A stretch of DNA of 64,000 bases from Oleiharenicola sp. (GCA_025363455.1 JANYDW010000050.1:2839-66838), one strand, 5' to 3'. Shown: positions 1-14,857, counted from the first letter of the stretch. Numbers and translations: made by a program. Notes: a model not told the origin generated them from the letters alone.

Positions 1-76
1 GAAGCGCACCGCCTTGGGCGAAGCCCTCGGGGGCAGCCGCTAATTCTTAACACAATACTGGGAGCAAAATCATAAT

Positions 77-4207
<4,131 letters not shown>

Positions 4208-4227
4208 GGGCTGTCCAGTTCAACTTC

Positions 4228-4257
4228 AAAGCCGCGGAGCAATCCGCGGCTTTTTTT
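4228..4257 (+). terminator. intrinsic terminator after rpoC
   Basis: AAAGCCGCGGA-GCAA-TCCGCGGCTTT hairpin running into T7, about 20 nt after the rpoC stop. Confidence 0.85.
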
Positions 4258-4446
4258 GGCTGACTCAATCCCGACAATCGTAATCTCGCCTTTAGTTGGG
4301 AAGACTAGTGAGCTCGCGGAAATGGGCTTGTTTTTCCCTATGGAATTGGGATTCTGCAGGTCCTCCCGCCAAAAAGATGCCTGTAGAGCTATGCTCCGGG
4401 TGTTTTCTCGCCCGGCCCTTACCGGCCGGGCGTTCTTTTTGGTTTT
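4258..4446 (+). ncRNA. candidate small non-coding transcript (class unknown)
   Basis: About 190 nt lying between the rpoC terminator and a second + strand terminator. No credible ORF. Nested complementary segments (AATCCC/GGGATT, GGGAA/TTCCC). Weak TTGGCT-N19-TAATCT promoter-like motif at 4256-4286. Confidence 0.2.
4409..4446 (+). terminator. orphan intrinsic terminator in the rpoC-rpsL spacer
   Basis: CGCCCGGCC-cttacc-GGCCGGGCG followed by TTCTTTTTGGTTTT; the T-run is on the + strand only. Confidence 0.6.
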
Positions 4447-4837
4447 GGGTTCGCCAAAACAACCCCTGCGTAGCCCGAAGGGCAACGCAGGGTAGCGAAC
4501 AAGAAGCCATTTTAGAGCCGCGCCGAGGCTAGACAGGGGTAGGGCAGGTGTTTTTACAAATGACGTTTGAGGTCACGTATCTACTGTGAACAACTTTTCC
4601 GGGGATTTTTTGATTTAGCTCTTGAAGTGCTCTCCGCCGACCTGCTTTTCTAACCATCCCTATCGTCACTTACAGCCGCTGCAGCCAAACTGTAGAGGCA
4701 CCTGAGACGCCGCGAATTCGGGATTTTCCCTCTCGAAGCCGTGTTTTCCACCCAAGCGCGAAATAGTTCTTGCCGGAGGCTCTTGCTCCGGTAGGTTCCG
4801 CGCCTTTTCCACTTTCCAAACACTTCCATCCAACCAC

Positions 4838-5224
4838 ATGCCAACCATCAACCAACTCGTGAGAAAAGGGCGCCGCAAGGTCGTTGCGAAGTCCAAAGCT
4901 CCGGCGTTGCAGGGTAACCCCTTCCGCCGCGGCGTCTGTGAGCCGGTCATGACCCGCACCCCGAAGAAGCCGAACTCGGCCATCCGCAAGGTCGCCAAGG
5001 TTCGCCTCACGAATGGTACGGAAGTCATCTCCTACATTCCCGACGAGGGCCACAACCTCCAGGAGCACTCAATCGTGCTCGTGCGCGGCGGCCGCGTGAA
5101 GGATCTCCCCGGTGTGCGTTACCACATTGTTCGCGGCACCCTCGACGCCACCGGCGTGGAGAAGCGCCGTCGCTCCCGTTCCAAGTACGGCGTCAAACGC
5201 CCGAAAGCCGCCAAGGCCTCCTAA
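4838..5224 (+). CDS. rpsL: 30S ribosomal protein S12
   Basis: [12 protein letters not shown].. N-terminus, [11 protein letters not shown] motif, str-operon position. Confidence 0.98.
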   Translation: MPTINQLVRKGRRKVVAKSKAPALQGNPFRRGVCEPVMTRTPKKPNSAIRKVAKVRLTNGTEVISYIPDEGHNLQEHSIVLVRGGRVKDLPGVRYHIVRGTLDATGVEKRRRSRSKYGVKRPKAAKAS

Positions 5225-5247
5225 CCCTCGTTCTTTCCTAAGCCGCC

Positions 5248-5721
5248 ATGTCACGCCGCCGCAGAGCCACTCATCGCCCCACCGTTCCGGATGTCCGCTA
5301 CAACAGCGCTCTGGTCACGCACCTCATCAATGTCATCATGAAGAGCGGCAAGCGCACGCTCGCCGAGCGCATCGTCTACGGCGCCTTCGAGAAGGTGAGC
5401 GAAAAGCTCCAGAAGGGCGACCCGGTCGACCTGCTGATGGGCGCGATGGAAAACGCCCGCCCGAAGCTCGAGGTCAAGAGCCGCCGCGTCGGTGGCGCCA
5501 CCTATCAGGTGCCCGTCGAGATTTCCTTTGAGCGTCAGGAGTCCCTGGCCCTCCGCTGGATCGTTAACGCCGCCACCGGCCGCAAGGGCACGCCGATGCG
5601 CGAGGCCATCGCCGCCGAGATCATCGACGCCTACAACAACACCGGCTCCGTCGTGAAGAAGAAGGAAGAAATGCACAAGATGGCCCAGGCCAACCGTGCT
5701 TTCGCCCATCTCCGTTGGTAA
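5248..5721 (+). CDS. rpsG: 30S ribosomal protein S7
   Basis: 157 aa, S7 family (GKRTLAERIVYGAF, C-terminal ANRAFAHLRW), follows rpsL. Confidence 0.97.
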   Translation: MSRRRRATHRPTVPDVRYNSALVTHLINVIMKSGKRTLAERIVYGAFEKVSEKLQKGDPVDLLMGAMENARPKLEVKSRRVGGATYQVPVEISFERQESLALRWIVNAATGRKGTPMREAIAAEIIDAYNNTGSVVKKKEEMHKMAQANRAFAHLRW

Positions 5722-5733
5722 GGAATTTTTCGC

Positions 5734-7929
5734 ATGTCCGTCGCGTCTCCCATCAATATTACTGTCGTCACCGACAAGGCCAAGATCTCAGCCGTCAACT
5801 CGAAGGACCGTCCCTTCCCGCTGGAATGGACGCGTAACATCGGCATCGCCGCGCACATCGATGCCGGCAAGACGACCACGACCGAGCGCATTCTTTTCTA
5901 CTCCGGCGCCGTCCACAAGATGGGCGAGGTCCACGAGGGCACCACGGTGACCGACTGGATGGAGCAGGAGCGCGAGCGCGGCATCACCATCACCGCCGCC
6001 GCCATTTCCTGCGCCTGGAACGCCTCTTGGGGTCCATGGAAGGGGATCAAGCAGCGCATTAACATTATCGACACCCCCGGACACGTGGATTTCACGGCCG
6101 AGGTGGAGCGCTCGCTCCGCGTGCTCGACGGCGCGGTCGCCGTGTTTGACGCCGTCGCCGGCGTGCAGCCCCAGTCCGAGACCGTCTGGCGCCAGGCCAA
6201 CAAATATCGTGTGCCGCGCATCGCTTTCATCAACAAGATGGACCGGGTCGGCGCGAACTTCTTCCGCTGCATCGACGACATCCGCAATAAGCTCAAGGCG
6301 AACGCCCACGCCCTCTACCTGCCGATCGGCGCCGAGGAGAATTTCACCGGCCTCATCGATCTCGTGCAGAACGTCGCCTATTCCTTCGAGGACAACCCGG
6401 CTGATCCGCTCGGCATGAAACCGGTTACGATGGAGGTCCCTGAGACCATGAAGGCGCAGACCAAAGAGTATCGCGACAAGCTCATCGAGGCGGTGTCCGA
6501 TTTCGACGATGTCATCGCCGAGAAGTATCTGAACGGCCAGGAAATCAGCGTCGAAGAGCTGATGCTCGGCGTTCGCAAGGCCACCATTTCCCTGCAGTTC
6601 ACTGGGGTGTTCCCCGGCTCCGCCTTCAAGAAGAAAGGCGTGCAGCGTTTGCTCGATTGCGTGGTCAACTACCTCCCGAGCCCGATCGACGTCCCGCCCA
6701 TGCAGGGCCAGGACAGCGACGGCAAGCCGGTCGAGGCGGTCGTCAGCGACAAGGCCAAGCTCGCCGGTCTGGCGTTCAAGCTCTGGAACGATCCCTTCGT
6801 GGGTCGTCTCGTGTTTTTCCGCGTCTACACCGGCCAGCTGCCGCGCGGCATGTCTCTCTACAATCCCCGCACCCGCCGCACCGAGCGCGTCTCCCGCCTC
6901 GTCCTCATGCGCGCCATCGAGCGCGAGGAAATCGAGGTCGCCTACTCGGGTGACATCTGCGCCGTCGTCGGCGTCAAGGACGTCATCACCGGCGACACCC
7001 TGTGCGACGAGGATTTCGACATCCGCCTCGAGCCGCCGTCCTTCCCGGAGCCCGTCATCTCGATGTCCATCGAGCCGAACTCCAAGGCCGATCAGGAAAA
7101 GCTCGGCGTCGCGCTCCAGCGCCTCGTCGCCGAGGACCCGACCCTGCGCGTCAAGACCGACCAGGACACCGGCCAGACCATCCTCGCCGGCATGGGCGAA
7201 CTGCATCTTGAAATCATCATCGACCGCATGAAGCGCGAGTTCAAGGTCGAGGCCACTTCCGGCAAGCCCCAGATCGCCTATCGTGAGACGATTCAGAAGG
7301 CCGCGGAAGGCGAGGGTAAGTTCATCCGTCAATCCGGCGGCAAGGGCCAGTACGGCCATGTCGTCATCAAGATGGAGCCGAACGAAAAGGGGAAGGGCGT
7401 CGAGGTCATCAACGAGACCGTCGGCGGTTCCATCCCGAAGGAATTCATCAAGCCGTCGACCGATGGCATCCTTGAGGGCGCCAACAACGGCGTCATCGCG
7501 GGCTTCCCGGTCGTGGACGTCATCGTGCGCATCGTGGACGGTTCGTTCCACGAGGTGGACTCGTCCGAAATGGCGTTCAAGATGGCCGGCATCTTCGCGT
7601 TCAAGGACGCGATGAAGCAGGCCGGTCCGATCCTGCTCGAGCCCATCATGGGCGTCGAGGTCACCACCCCGGAAGAGTACCAGGGCGACCTCATGGGCGA
7701 CATCAATCGCCGTCGCGGCCAGATCCAGGGCATGGATAACAAGACGGGCGCGTGCATCATCACCGCGCACGTCCCGCTCGAACTGCTTTTCGGATACGTC
7801 ACCGACATCCGTTCCCTCTCGAAAGGCCGCGCCAGCGCGTCCGTCACCCCCTCGCACTTCGCCCAGGTTCCGAATTCGCAGCTCGCGAAGATCGTCGAGA
7901 ACAACGCCAAGGGCCCGGCCCGCACTTAA
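5734..7929 (+). CDS. fusA: elongation factor G
   Basis: 731 aa with AHIDAGKTTTTE (G1) and DTPGHVDF (G3), full EF-G colinearity; about 20-aa N-terminal extension relative to E. coli. Confidence 0.97.
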   Translation: MSVASPINITVVTDKAKISAVNSKDRPFPLEWTRNIGIAAHIDAGKTTTTERILFYSGAVHKMGEVHEGTTVTDWMEQERERGITITAAAISCAWNASWGPWKGIKQRINIIDTPGHVDFTAEVERSLRVLDGAVAVFDAVAGVQPQSETVWRQANKYRVPRIAFINKMDRVGANFFRCIDDIRNKLKANAHALYLPIGAEENFTGLIDLVQNVAYSFEDNPADPLGMKPVTMEVPETMKAQTKEYRDKLIEAVSDFDDVIAEKYLNGQEISVEELMLGVRKATISLQFTGVFPGSAFKKKGVQRLLDCVVNYLPSPIDVPPMQGQDSDGKPVEAVVSDKAKLAGLAFKLWNDPFVGRLVFFRVYTGQLPRGMSLYNPRTRRTERVSRLVLMRAIEREEIEVAYSGDICAVVGVKDVITGDTLCDEDFDIRLEPPSFPEPVISMSIEPNSKADQEKLGVALQRLVAEDPTLRVKTDQDTGQTILAGMGELHLEIIIDRMKREFKVEATSGKPQIAYRETIQKAAEGEGKFIRQSGGKGQYGHVVIKMEPNEKGKGVEVINETVGGSIPKEFIKPSTDGILEGANNGVIAGFPVVDVIVRIVDGSFHEVDSSEMAFKMAGIFAFKDAMKQAGPILLEPIMGVEVTTPEEYQGDLMGDINRRRGQIQGMDNKTGACIITAHVPLELLFGYVTDIRSLSKGRASASVTPSHFAQVPNSQLAKIVENNAKGPART

Positions 7930-7962
7930 CTCTCTCCCTCAACCCTCGTTCTTTATACCGCC

Positions 7963-8271
7963 ATGAAAGGCCAACGCATTCGCATCAAACTCCAGGGCTT
8001 TGACTATCGGGTCATCGACCAGTCCGCTCTGGAAATCGTGGAAACCGCCAAGCGCTCCGGCGCCCGTGTCTCGGGTCCCATCCCGCTGCCCACCCACATC
8101 GTGAAGCTTTCGGTCAACCGCTCCCCGCACGTCGACAAGAAGTCCATGGAGCAGTTCGAATCCCGCACCCACAAGCGCCTCATCGACATCCTCGAGCCCA
8201 CCGCCCAAACGGTCGACGAGCTGAAGAAACTCAATCTCCCGTCCGGCGTCGACATCACCATCAACGTCTAA
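7963..8271 (+). CDS. rpsJ: 30S ribosomal protein S10
   Basis: 102 aa, [17 protein letters not shown].., head of the S10 operon. Confidence 0.97.
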   Translation: MKGQRIRIKLQGFDYRVIDQSALEIVETAKRSGARVSGPIPLPTHIVKLSVNRSPHVDKKSMEQFESRTHKRLIDILEPTAQTVDELKKLNLPSGVDITINV

Positions 8272-8372
8272 AATTTTTAACCACATACCAGCTTAGCAGA
8301 CGCCGCTCAACCCGGCCCTGACTAAAGTAGGTCTAAACAAACGGCGCTCACCCGCCACCTACCACTTAGCCC

Positions 8373-9014
8373 ATGATCGCTACCATATTAGGCAAAAAAA
8401 TCGGCATGACCCAGGTCTACGACGCACAAAACGTCCTGATCCCGGTCACCGTGGTGGAAGCCGGCCCGTGCCCGGTCGTCCAGGTAAAAACTGTCGAGTC
8501 CGACGGCTACAACGCCGTGCAACTCGGTTTCGGCGCCCAGAAGGCGAACAACGCCTCGAAGGCCGAGACCAACCACGCCAAAAAGGCCGGTCTCGCCACC
8601 ACGCCCCGCGTGCTGAACGAAGTCCGCCTCACCGAGGCCTACTCCGGCAAGGCCGGCGACGTGATCACCGTCGCGGCATTCGCCGAGGGCCAGATCATCG
8701 ACGTGCTCGGTGTTTCCAAGGGCAAGGGCTTCCAGGGCGTCGTGAAGCGCTTCAAGGTCGGCGGTGGTCCCGCCGCTCACGGCTCGATGTTCCATCGCCG
8801 CATCGGTTCCGTCGGCATGCGCCAGACCCCCGGCCGCGTGTGGAAGAACCAGCGCATGCCCGGTCACATGGGCAGCGAGATGCGCACCGTGCAAAACCTG
8901 CGCGTGATTAAGATCATCGCCGAGAAAAACCTTATCCTCGTTAAGGGCGCCATACCCGGCGCCAACGGCGATGACGTCATCATCCGTTCCGGCAAGAAAG
9001 CCAAGAAAGCCTAA
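8373..9014 (+). CDS. rplC: 50S ribosomal protein L3
   Basis: 213 aa, GKGFQGVVKR motif, synteny. Confidence 0.96.
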   Translation: MIATILGKKIGMTQVYDAQNVLIPVTVVEAGPCPVVQVKTVESDGYNAVQLGFGAQKANNASKAETNHAKKAGLATTPRVLNEVRLTEAYSGKAGDVITVAAFAEGQIIDVLGVSKGKGFQGVVKRFKVGGGPAAHGSMFHRRIGSVGMRQTPGRVWKNQRMPGHMGSEMRTVQNLRVIKIIAEKNLILVKGAIPGANGDDVIIRSGKKAKKA

Positions 9015-9033
9015 CCCCGGAGACTGACCAAAC

Positions 9034-9669
9034 ATGAAACTCACCGTTTTCACATCCGACGCCTCGAAGAGCTCTGAGAAAGAGTTCAAGCTCCCGACCT
9101 TCGAGGGCGACCGCGGCCTCCAGGCCGTCAAGGAAGTTGTCGTCGCCCACCGCGCCAACGCCCGCCAGGGCACGCGCTCGACCAAGACCCGCGGTGAAGT
9201 CCGCGGCGGCGGCAAGAAGCCCTGGGCCCAGAAGGGCACCGGCCGCGCCCGCGCCGGCTCCAACCGCTCCCCTCTGTGGGTCGGCGGCGGCGTCGTCTTC
9301 GGCCCCAAGCCCCGCGACTTCTCCAAGAAGATCAACGGCAAGGTCAAGGCCCTCGCTTTTAACCGCGCCCTCTTCGACCGCGCCACCGCCGGTGACGTCA
9401 GTGTCATCGAGGCCTTCGCGCCCGACGCGACCAAGACCAAGGCCATGAACGCCGTCCTCGTCCGCATCGCTCCCAAGGGCAAGGTGCTGCTCGTCGACGC
9501 CCCCTTCACCGCCCAGGCCACCCGCGCCGCCCGCAATCTCGACCGCGTCACCCTGCAGGTGGCGTCCAAGCTCAACACCCTCGATCTCGTGCAATACACC
9601 AAGATCGTCGTGTCGAGCCTGGCCCTCGAGCAGATCATCGCCCGCACCAACGGAGGCCAGCAGTCATGA
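9034..9669 (+). CDS. rplD: 50S ribosomal protein L4
   Basis: 211 aa, KPWAQKGTGRARAGS motif, synteny. Confidence 0.96.
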   Translation: MKLTVFTSDASKSSEKEFKLPTFEGDRGLQAVKEVVVAHRANARQGTRSTKTRGEVRGGGKKPWAQKGTGRARAGSNRSPLWVGGGVVFGPKPRDFSKKINGKVKALAFNRALFDRATAGDVSVIEAFAPDATKTKAMNAVLVRIAPKGKVLLVDAPFTAQATRAARNLDRVTLQVASKLNTLDLVQYTKIVVSSLALEQIIARTNGGQQS

Positions 9670-9953
9670 TACAAGCCGACAAAATTCTCAAAACGATCCG
9701 CCTGACGGAGAAATCCAACAAGCTGTCGTCCAACTACGGTCAGTACACCTTCGAGGTGTACCCGGGCGCGACCAAGCACACCGTGCGCGCCGCCGTCGAG
9801 CAGACCTTCAAGGTCAGTGTCACGCGCGTGAACATCATGAACCGCAAGGGCAAGCCGAAGAAGTCCCGCCAGGGCCGCCCCATCACGATGTCCGACAGCA
9901 AGCGCGCCATCGTCACCCTCAAGCAGGGTGACAAGATCGAGCTCACCTCCTGA
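9666..9953 (+). CDS. rplW: 50S ribosomal protein L23
   Basis: 95 aa, 4-nt overlap with rplD, L23-like LTEKS.. N-terminus. Confidence 0.95.
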   Translation: MIQADKILKTIRLTEKSNKLSSNYGQYTFEVYPGATKHTVRAAVEQTFKVSVTRVNIMNRKGKPKKSRQGRPITMSDSKRAIVTLKQGDKIELTS

Positions 9954-9974
9954 GCGCACCGGAGATAACCCACC

Positions 9975-10841
9975 ATGGCCCTTAAATCCTTCCGTCCCCT
10001 CACCGCCTCACTCCGGTTCACCATCCTGAACCGCCCCGCCGGCGTGTCCAAGAAGCGCCCCGAGCGTTCGCTCGTCGAGTCGAAGAACAAGACCGGCGGC
10101 CGCAACACCTACGGCCGCATCACCTCCCGCCGTCGCGGCGGCGGGCACAAGAAGCTTTACCGCATCATCGACTTCAAGCGCAGCAAGCTCGATATGCCCG
10201 CCAAGGTGCAGTCGATCGAGTACGATCCCAACCGCAGCGCGCTTCTGGCGCTCCTCGCCTACGCCGACGGCACGAAGACCTACGTCCTCGCGCCCCAGGG
10301 CCTGCAGGCCGGTGATACGATCTACAACGCGATGAAGACCGACACGAACGACTACCGTCCGGGTAATTCCTTCCCGCTGGGCGTCATCCCGCCAGCCACC
10401 AAGATTCACGCCATCGAGATGCTCCCCGGCAAGGGTGCTCAGATCGCCCGTTCCGCCGGCACCTCGGCCGAGCTAGTGACCGTCGAGAACGGCTACGCGC
10501 AGATCCGCCTGGCTTCGGGCGAGACCCGCCTGGTCAACGCCCAGTGCCGCGCCACCATCGGCGAGGTTTCCAATCCCGACCACAACAAGCGCTCGCTCGG
10601 CAAGGCCGGCCGCAACCGCTGGCTCGGCAAGCGCCCCCGCGTCCGCGGCGTCGCCATGAACCCGGTCGACCACCCCAACGGTGGCGGTCAGGGCAAGTCC
10701 AAGGGCGGCGGTGGTCGCCAGCACCTCGTTTCGCCCTGGGGCCAGCTCGCCAAGGGCTTCCCGACGCGCAAACGCACCAAGCTCTCCAGCTCCTTCATCC
10801 TCGTTCGCGCCAACGGCCGTCCGCCGCGCGGCAAGAAGTAA
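9975..10841 (+). CDS. rplB: 50S ribosomal protein L2
   Basis: 288 aa, RGVAMNPVDHPNGGGQGKS motif. Confidence 0.97.
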   Translation: MALKSFRPLTASLRFTILNRPAGVSKKRPERSLVESKNKTGGRNTYGRITSRRRGGGHKKLYRIIDFKRSKLDMPAKVQSIEYDPNRSALLALLAYADGTKTYVLAPQGLQAGDTIYNAMKTDTNDYRPGNSFPLGVIPPATKIHAIEMLPGKGAQIARSAGTSAELVTVENGYAQIRLASGETRLVNAQCRATIGEVSNPDHNKRSLGKAGRNRWLGKRPRVRGVAMNPVDHPNGGGQGKSKGGGGRQHLVSPWGQLAKGFPTRKRTKLSSSFILVRANGRPPRGKK

Positions 10842-10859
10842 TCCCAACGCACCCGCACT

Positions 10860-11138
10860 ATGGCACGTTCCATCAAGAAAGGCTTTTTTGTCGACTACCA
10901 CCTCCTGGAAAAGATCCAGAAGGCGGCCAAGGCCGGTGGCGCCCGCAAGCCCATCCAGACCTGGTCCCGTCGCTCGACCATCACGCCCGAATTCGTCGGC
11001 CACACCATCAGCGTCCACAACGGCAAGACGCACATCGCCGTCTACATCACGGAGAACATGGTCGGCCACAAGCTCGGCGAGTTCGCCCCGACCCGCATCT
11101 TCAAGGCGCACGGTGGCATGACCCGCAAGGAAATCTAA
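10860..11138 (+). CDS. rpsS: 30S ribosomal protein S19
   Basis: 92 aa, [12 protein letters not shown].., VHNGK motif. Confidence 0.97.
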   Translation: MARSIKKGFFVDYHLLEKIQKAAKAGGARKPIQTWSRRSTITPEFVGHTISVHNGKTHIAVYITENMVGHKLGEFAPTRIFKAHGGMTRKEI

Positions 11139-11164
11139 GGCCACGGCCCAACCGGAATACTACC

Positions 11165-11506
11165 ATGGAAATCCAAGCTCTCACCCGCAACGCGCGCATG
11201 TCGCCCCGCAAGGTCCGCGAAATCGCGAACCAGATTCAGGGTCGCCCCGTGCCCGAGGCCATCGACTTTCTCACGCTCATCCCGCGCAAGTCGGCCCGTC
11301 TCCTCGCCAAGACGCTCAAGAGCGCTGTGGCCAACGCCGAGAACAACAACAGCCTCTCGGCCAGCTCCCTCACCGTGTTCCGCGCCCTCGTGGAGCCCGG
11401 CCCGGTGCTGAAGCGCTTCAAGGCCGGCGCCCGCGGCTCGGCCAAGCCCCGCGTCAAGCGTATGTCGCACCTGCGCATCATCCTCTCCGACGGCAAATCC
11501 AACTAA
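11165..11506 (+). CDS. rplV: 50S ribosomal protein L22
   Basis: [21 protein letters not shown].. begins at the ATG at 11165, inside the longer track ORF 10544-11506 whose upstream part is out-of-frame overlap with rplB/rpsS. Confidence 0.93.
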   Translation: MEIQALTRNARMSPRKVREIANQIQGRPVPEAIDFLTLIPRKSARLLAKTLKSAVANAENNNSLSASSLTVFRALVEPGPVLKRFKAGARGSAKPRVKRMSHLRIILSDGKSN

Positions 11507-11514
11507 CACTTACC

Positions 11515-12144
11515 ATGGGACAAAAGACCAACGCCACAGGGTTCCGCCTCGCGATCCGCCGCAACTGGCAGTCGCGCTGGTTCGCGCGCAAGAAGGATTT
11601 CGCCAAGCTCCTCCTGGAGGACCAGATCATCCGCTCCACGCTGATGGAGAAGCTCAAGCAGGCCTCCGTGCCGCGCATCTTCATCGAGCGCGCCGGCAAC
11701 CGCGTCCGCGTGAAGATCTTCACCGCCCGCCCCGGCATCGTCATCGGCAAGAAGGGCCAGGAAGTGGAGAACATGAAGCTCCAGCTGGCCAAGCTCACCG
11801 GCAAGGAGGTCCTCCTCGATATTCAGGAGGTCAAGAAGCCCGAGATCGAGGCCCAGCTCGTCGCCGAGAACGTCGCGCTCCAGCTCGAGCGCCGCATTGC
11901 CTTCCGCCGCGCCATCAAGAAGTCCATCCAGATCGCCATGTCCCTGGGCATCGACGGCATCAAGATCCAGTGCTCGGGCCGCCTCGGCGGTGCCGACATC
12001 GCCCGCCGCGAATGGCAAAAACAGGGCCGCGTTCCTCTGCATACCCTGCGCGAGAACATCGAATACGGCTTTGCCGAGGCCCAGACCGTCTGGGGCAAGA
12101 TCGGCGTCAAATGCTGGATCTGCAAAAAAGAAGAAACCAACTAA
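11515..12144 (+). CDS. rpsC: 30S ribosomal protein S3
   Basis: 209 aa, [12 protein letters not shown].. , KH + S3-C domains. Confidence 0.97.
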   Translation: MGQKTNATGFRLAIRRNWQSRWFARKKDFAKLLLEDQIIRSTLMEKLKQASVPRIFIERAGNRVRVKIFTARPGIVIGKKGQEVENMKLQLAKLTGKEVLLDIQEVKKPEIEAQLVAENVALQLERRIAFRRAIKKSIQIAMSLGIDGIKIQCSGRLGGADIARREWQKQGRVPLHTLRENIEYGFAEAQTVWGKIGVKCWICKKEETN

Positions 12145-12190
12145 CCTGTTTACCCGGCACCGGGCTTAACGCTCACCGCCCTCCGTTCCC

Positions 12191-12616
12191 ATGTCTGCTC
12201 TCGCTCCCTCCCGCACCAAATACCGCAAGTCGATGAAAGGCTCCCGCGCTGGCAATGCCAAGCGCGGCAACACGCTCGCCTTTGGCGAATTCGGCCTGCA
12301 GTCCCTGTCCCGCGGCCCCATGACCGGCCAGCAGATCGAGGCGGCCCGCGTCACCATCGCCCGCCACCTGAAGCGCAAGGGCAAGCTCTGGATCCGCATT
12401 TTCCCGCACAAGCCCGTCACCAAGAAGCCCGCCGAGGTCCGCATGGGCCAGGGCAAAGGCCCGGTCGAATTCTACGTCGCCGTCATCAAGCCCGGCGCCG
12501 TCCTCTTCGAGCTCGCCGGCGTGCCCGCCACCATCGCCAAGGAGGCCTTCCGCCTCGCCGACGCCAAGCTGCCCTTCCGCTGCCGTTTCATCGTGCGCGA
12601 AGGCACCGCCGTCTAA
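12191..12616 (+). CDS. rplP: 50S ribosomal protein L16
   Basis: 141 aa, [11 protein letters not shown].. motif. Confidence 0.96.
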   Translation: MSALAPSRTKYRKSMKGSRAGNAKRGNTLAFGEFGLQSLSRGPMTGQQIEAARVTIARHLKRKGKLWIRIFPHKPVTKKPAEVRMGQGKGPVEFYVAVIKPGAVLFELAGVPATIAKEAFRLADAKLPFRCRFIVREGTAV

Positions 12617-12638
12617 CATCCACCGGAGAACGACTGAC

Positions 12639-12839
12639 ATGACTTCCAAAGAAATCCGCGACCTCGCCCCCGGCGAGATCACCACCAAGCTCCGCGAGAC
12701 CCGCGAGGCCCTCCTGCAGCTCCGCCTGCGCAAGAACGCCGGCCAGGTCGAGAAGCCGCACCTCCTGCGCGAATACCGCAAGGACATCGCCCGTCTCGAG
12801 ACCATCCTGAAGCAGAAGAAAACCGCCAAGGCCGCCTGA
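12639..12839 (+). CDS. rpmC: 50S ribosomal protein L29
   Basis: 66 aa, helical L29-like sequence, synteny. Confidence 0.93.
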   Translation: MTSKEIRDLAPGEITTKLRETREALLQLRLRKNAGQVEKPHLLREYRKDIARLETILKQKKTAKAA

Positions 12840-12862
12840 GCCCGCGCCCACCGCCCCCTCCC

Positions 12863-13219
12863 ATGTCCACTCACGTCCGCAATAATCGCCGCAAGACGCT
12901 CATCGGCTTCGTCAGCTCCAAGATGGGTGACAAGTCCGTCAAGGTCACCGTCCCGTACAAGACGCCGCACCCGCTTTACCACAAGGTCATCAACCGCAAG
13001 ACCGTCCTCCACGTCCACGACGAGAAGAACGAGACCAAGGTCGGCGACAAGATCGAGGTCATGGAGACCCGCCCGATCAGCCGCCTCAAGCGCTGGCGCG
13101 TGATTCGCGTCGTCGAGGCCTCCATCGGGCTCGATATCGTCGCCGTGTCCGAGAAGGACGTTGCCGAGGCCGTGCCGACCAAGACCACCAAGAAGACGGC
13201 CCCGGCCGCCAAGGCCTAA
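12863..13219 (+). CDS. rpsQ: 30S ribosomal protein S17
   Basis: 118 aa, S17 OB-fold core plus K/A-rich C-terminal tail. Confidence 0.94.
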   Translation: MSTHVRNNRRKTLIGFVSSKMGDKSVKVTVPYKTPHPLYHKVINRKTVLHVHDEKNETKVGDKIEVMETRPISRLKRWRVIRVVEASIGLDIVAVSEKDVAEAVPTKTTKKTAPAAKA

Positions 13220-13240
13220 CCCTCCGCCGGAGACCCTACC

Positions 13241-13606
13241 ATGATCCAGATGCGTTCCATCCTCGATATTGCCGACAACACCGGCGCGCGCCGCGCGTCG
13301 ATGATCGGCAAGATCGGCCATCCCTCCCGCTACGCTCACGTCGGTGACATCATCACCGTCAACATCAAGGAGAGCAGCACCGACGCCACCGTGAAGAAGG
13401 GCGAGGTCGTCAAGGCCGTCATCGTCCGCACGAAGGCCGCGCTCCGCCGCCCCGACGGCAGCTATCTGCGCTTCGATTCCAACGCGATCGTCATCATTGG
13501 CGAGGACGGCAACCCGAAGGGCACCCGCATCTTTGGCCCGGTCGCCCGCGAGCTCCGCGCCAAGAACTACACGAAGATCATCTCGCTCGCCCCGGAGGTC
13601 CTCTAA
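13241..13606 (+). CDS. rplN: 50S ribosomal protein L14
   Basis: 121 aa, [18 protein letters not shown].. Confidence 0.97.
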   Translation: MIQMRSILDIADNTGARRASMIGKIGHPSRYAHVGDIITVNIKESSTDATVKKGEVVKAVIVRTKAALRRPDGSYLRFDSNAIVIIGEDGNPKGTRIFGPVARELRAKNYTKIISLAPEVL

Positions 13607-13607
13607 C

Positions 13608-13892
13608 ATGGCCCAGAAATTCCATATCAAACGCAACGACCTCGTCGTCGTCATCGCCGGTGCCCACAAGGGCAAGGCGGGCAAGGTCCTCGAGGTCCGC
13701 GCCGCCAAGAACCGCGCGGTCGTTGAGGGCGTGGCCATGATCAAGCGCCACCTCAAGAAGTCCCAGGAAAACCCGCAGGGCAAGATCGCCGAGCGCGAGG
13801 GCACGATCCACGTGTCGAACCTCATGCTCCAGGCGCGCTATGACGCGTCGAAGCGTGCCAAGAAGCCGGCCGTCGCGGCCGCCAAGGCCTGA
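13608..13892 (+). CDS. rplX: 50S ribosomal protein L24
   Basis: MAQKFHIKRNDLVVVIAGAHKGKAGKV.. (KOW motif); the ATG is 1 nt after the rplN stop. Confidence 0.93.
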   Translation: MAQKFHIKRNDLVVVIAGAHKGKAGKVLEVRAAKNRAVVEGVAMIKRHLKKSQENPQGKIAEREGTIHVSNLMLQARYDASKRAKKPAVAAAKA

Positions 13893-13955
13893 GCGGGCAG
13901 GGGACACCACTTTAAATAACCATCCAGCATCCGGGTCGGAAATCCGGTTAGCACC

Positions 13956-14537
13956 ATGAGCAAACAACCCACACCTCTTCAGAAAATTTACGCCGAGACC
14001 GTCGCCCCGGCCTTGATGGCCTCCCGCGGCTACAAGAACAAGCATCAGGTCCCGAAGCTCGAGAAAATCGTCCTCAACACCGGCATCAGCTCCGAGGCCG
14101 ACAAGAACACCATCGCCGACACCGCGCGCGACATGGGCCTCATTGCCGGCCAGAAGCCCGTGTTGAACCGCTCGAAGAAGGCCATCGCCAATTTCAAGCT
14201 GAAGCCCAACCAGGTCACCGGCTGCCACGTCACCCTCCGCGGCGAGGCCATGTGGCACTTTCTCATGCGTCTGCTCGCCGTGGCGCTGCCCACCATCCGC
14301 GACTTCCGCGGCGTGCCCAACAAACTCGACGGCCAGGGCAACTACACCATCGGCATCACCGATTTCACCATCTTCCCCGAGATCGTCGTCGAGAACAACA
14401 AGCGCTCGATGGGCCTCGACATCACCCTCGTGACCTCCGCCGAGACGGACGACGAAGGCCGCGAGCTCCTCAAACTCCTCGGGATGCCCTTCCGCCGCAT
14501 CGAGCCCGCCGTGCCCGCCAAGACTTCCGCCGCCTAA
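13956..14537 (+). CDS. rplE: 50S ribosomal protein L5
   Basis: 193 aa, L5 family, synteny. Confidence 0.96.
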   Translation: MSKQPTPLQKIYAETVAPALMASRGYKNKHQVPKLEKIVLNTGISSEADKNTIADTARDMGLIAGQKPVLNRSKKAIANFKLKPNQVTGCHVTLRGEAMWHFLMRLLAVALPTIRDFRGVPNKLDGQGNYTIGITDFTIFPEIVVENNKRSMGLDITLVTSAETDDEGRELLKLLGMPFRRIEPAVPAKTSAA

Positions 14538-14551
14538 ACCCGCCTCCGACC

Positions 14552-14857
14552 ATGCCGAAAACCTCCGCCATCGAACGCAACAAGAAGCGCATCCGCCTCG
14601 TCGAGAAGCACGCCGCCAAGCGCGCCGAGCTGAAGGCCATCCTCGCCAACCCGGCCACCACGGACGAGGAGTTCTTTGCCGCCCAGAAGAAGCTGGCCAA
14701 GCTCCCCCGCAATTCCTCCAAGATTCGCATCCGCAACCGCTGCTCCCTCAGCGGCCGGCCGCGCGGCTTCCACCGCCGCTTCGGTGTCTCCCGCATCACG
14801 CTCCGCGAACTCGCGCTCGCCGGCAAGATCCCCGGCGTCACCAAGTCCTCCTGGTAA
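14552..14857 (+). CDS. rpsN: 30S ribosomal protein S14 (long, non-zinc type)
   Basis: [13 protein letters not shown].. to ..GVTKSSW, 101 aa, no CxxC pairs. Confidence 0.93.
   Translation: MPKTSAIERNKKRIRLVEKHAAKRAELKAILANPATTDEEFFAAQKKLAKLPRNSSKIRIRNRCSLSGRPRGFHRRFGVSRITLRELALAGKIPGVTKSSW

Noticed and set aside
4256-4532. Several 60-90-aa ORFs on both strands in the rpoC-rpsL spacer (4204-4485(-), 4256-4495(+), 4292-4510(-), 4296-4532(+)).
   Set aside because: They are mutually overlapping, run through terminator hairpins, have no conserved features and mostly non-ATG starts. I treated the region as non-coding (candidate sRNA and leader).
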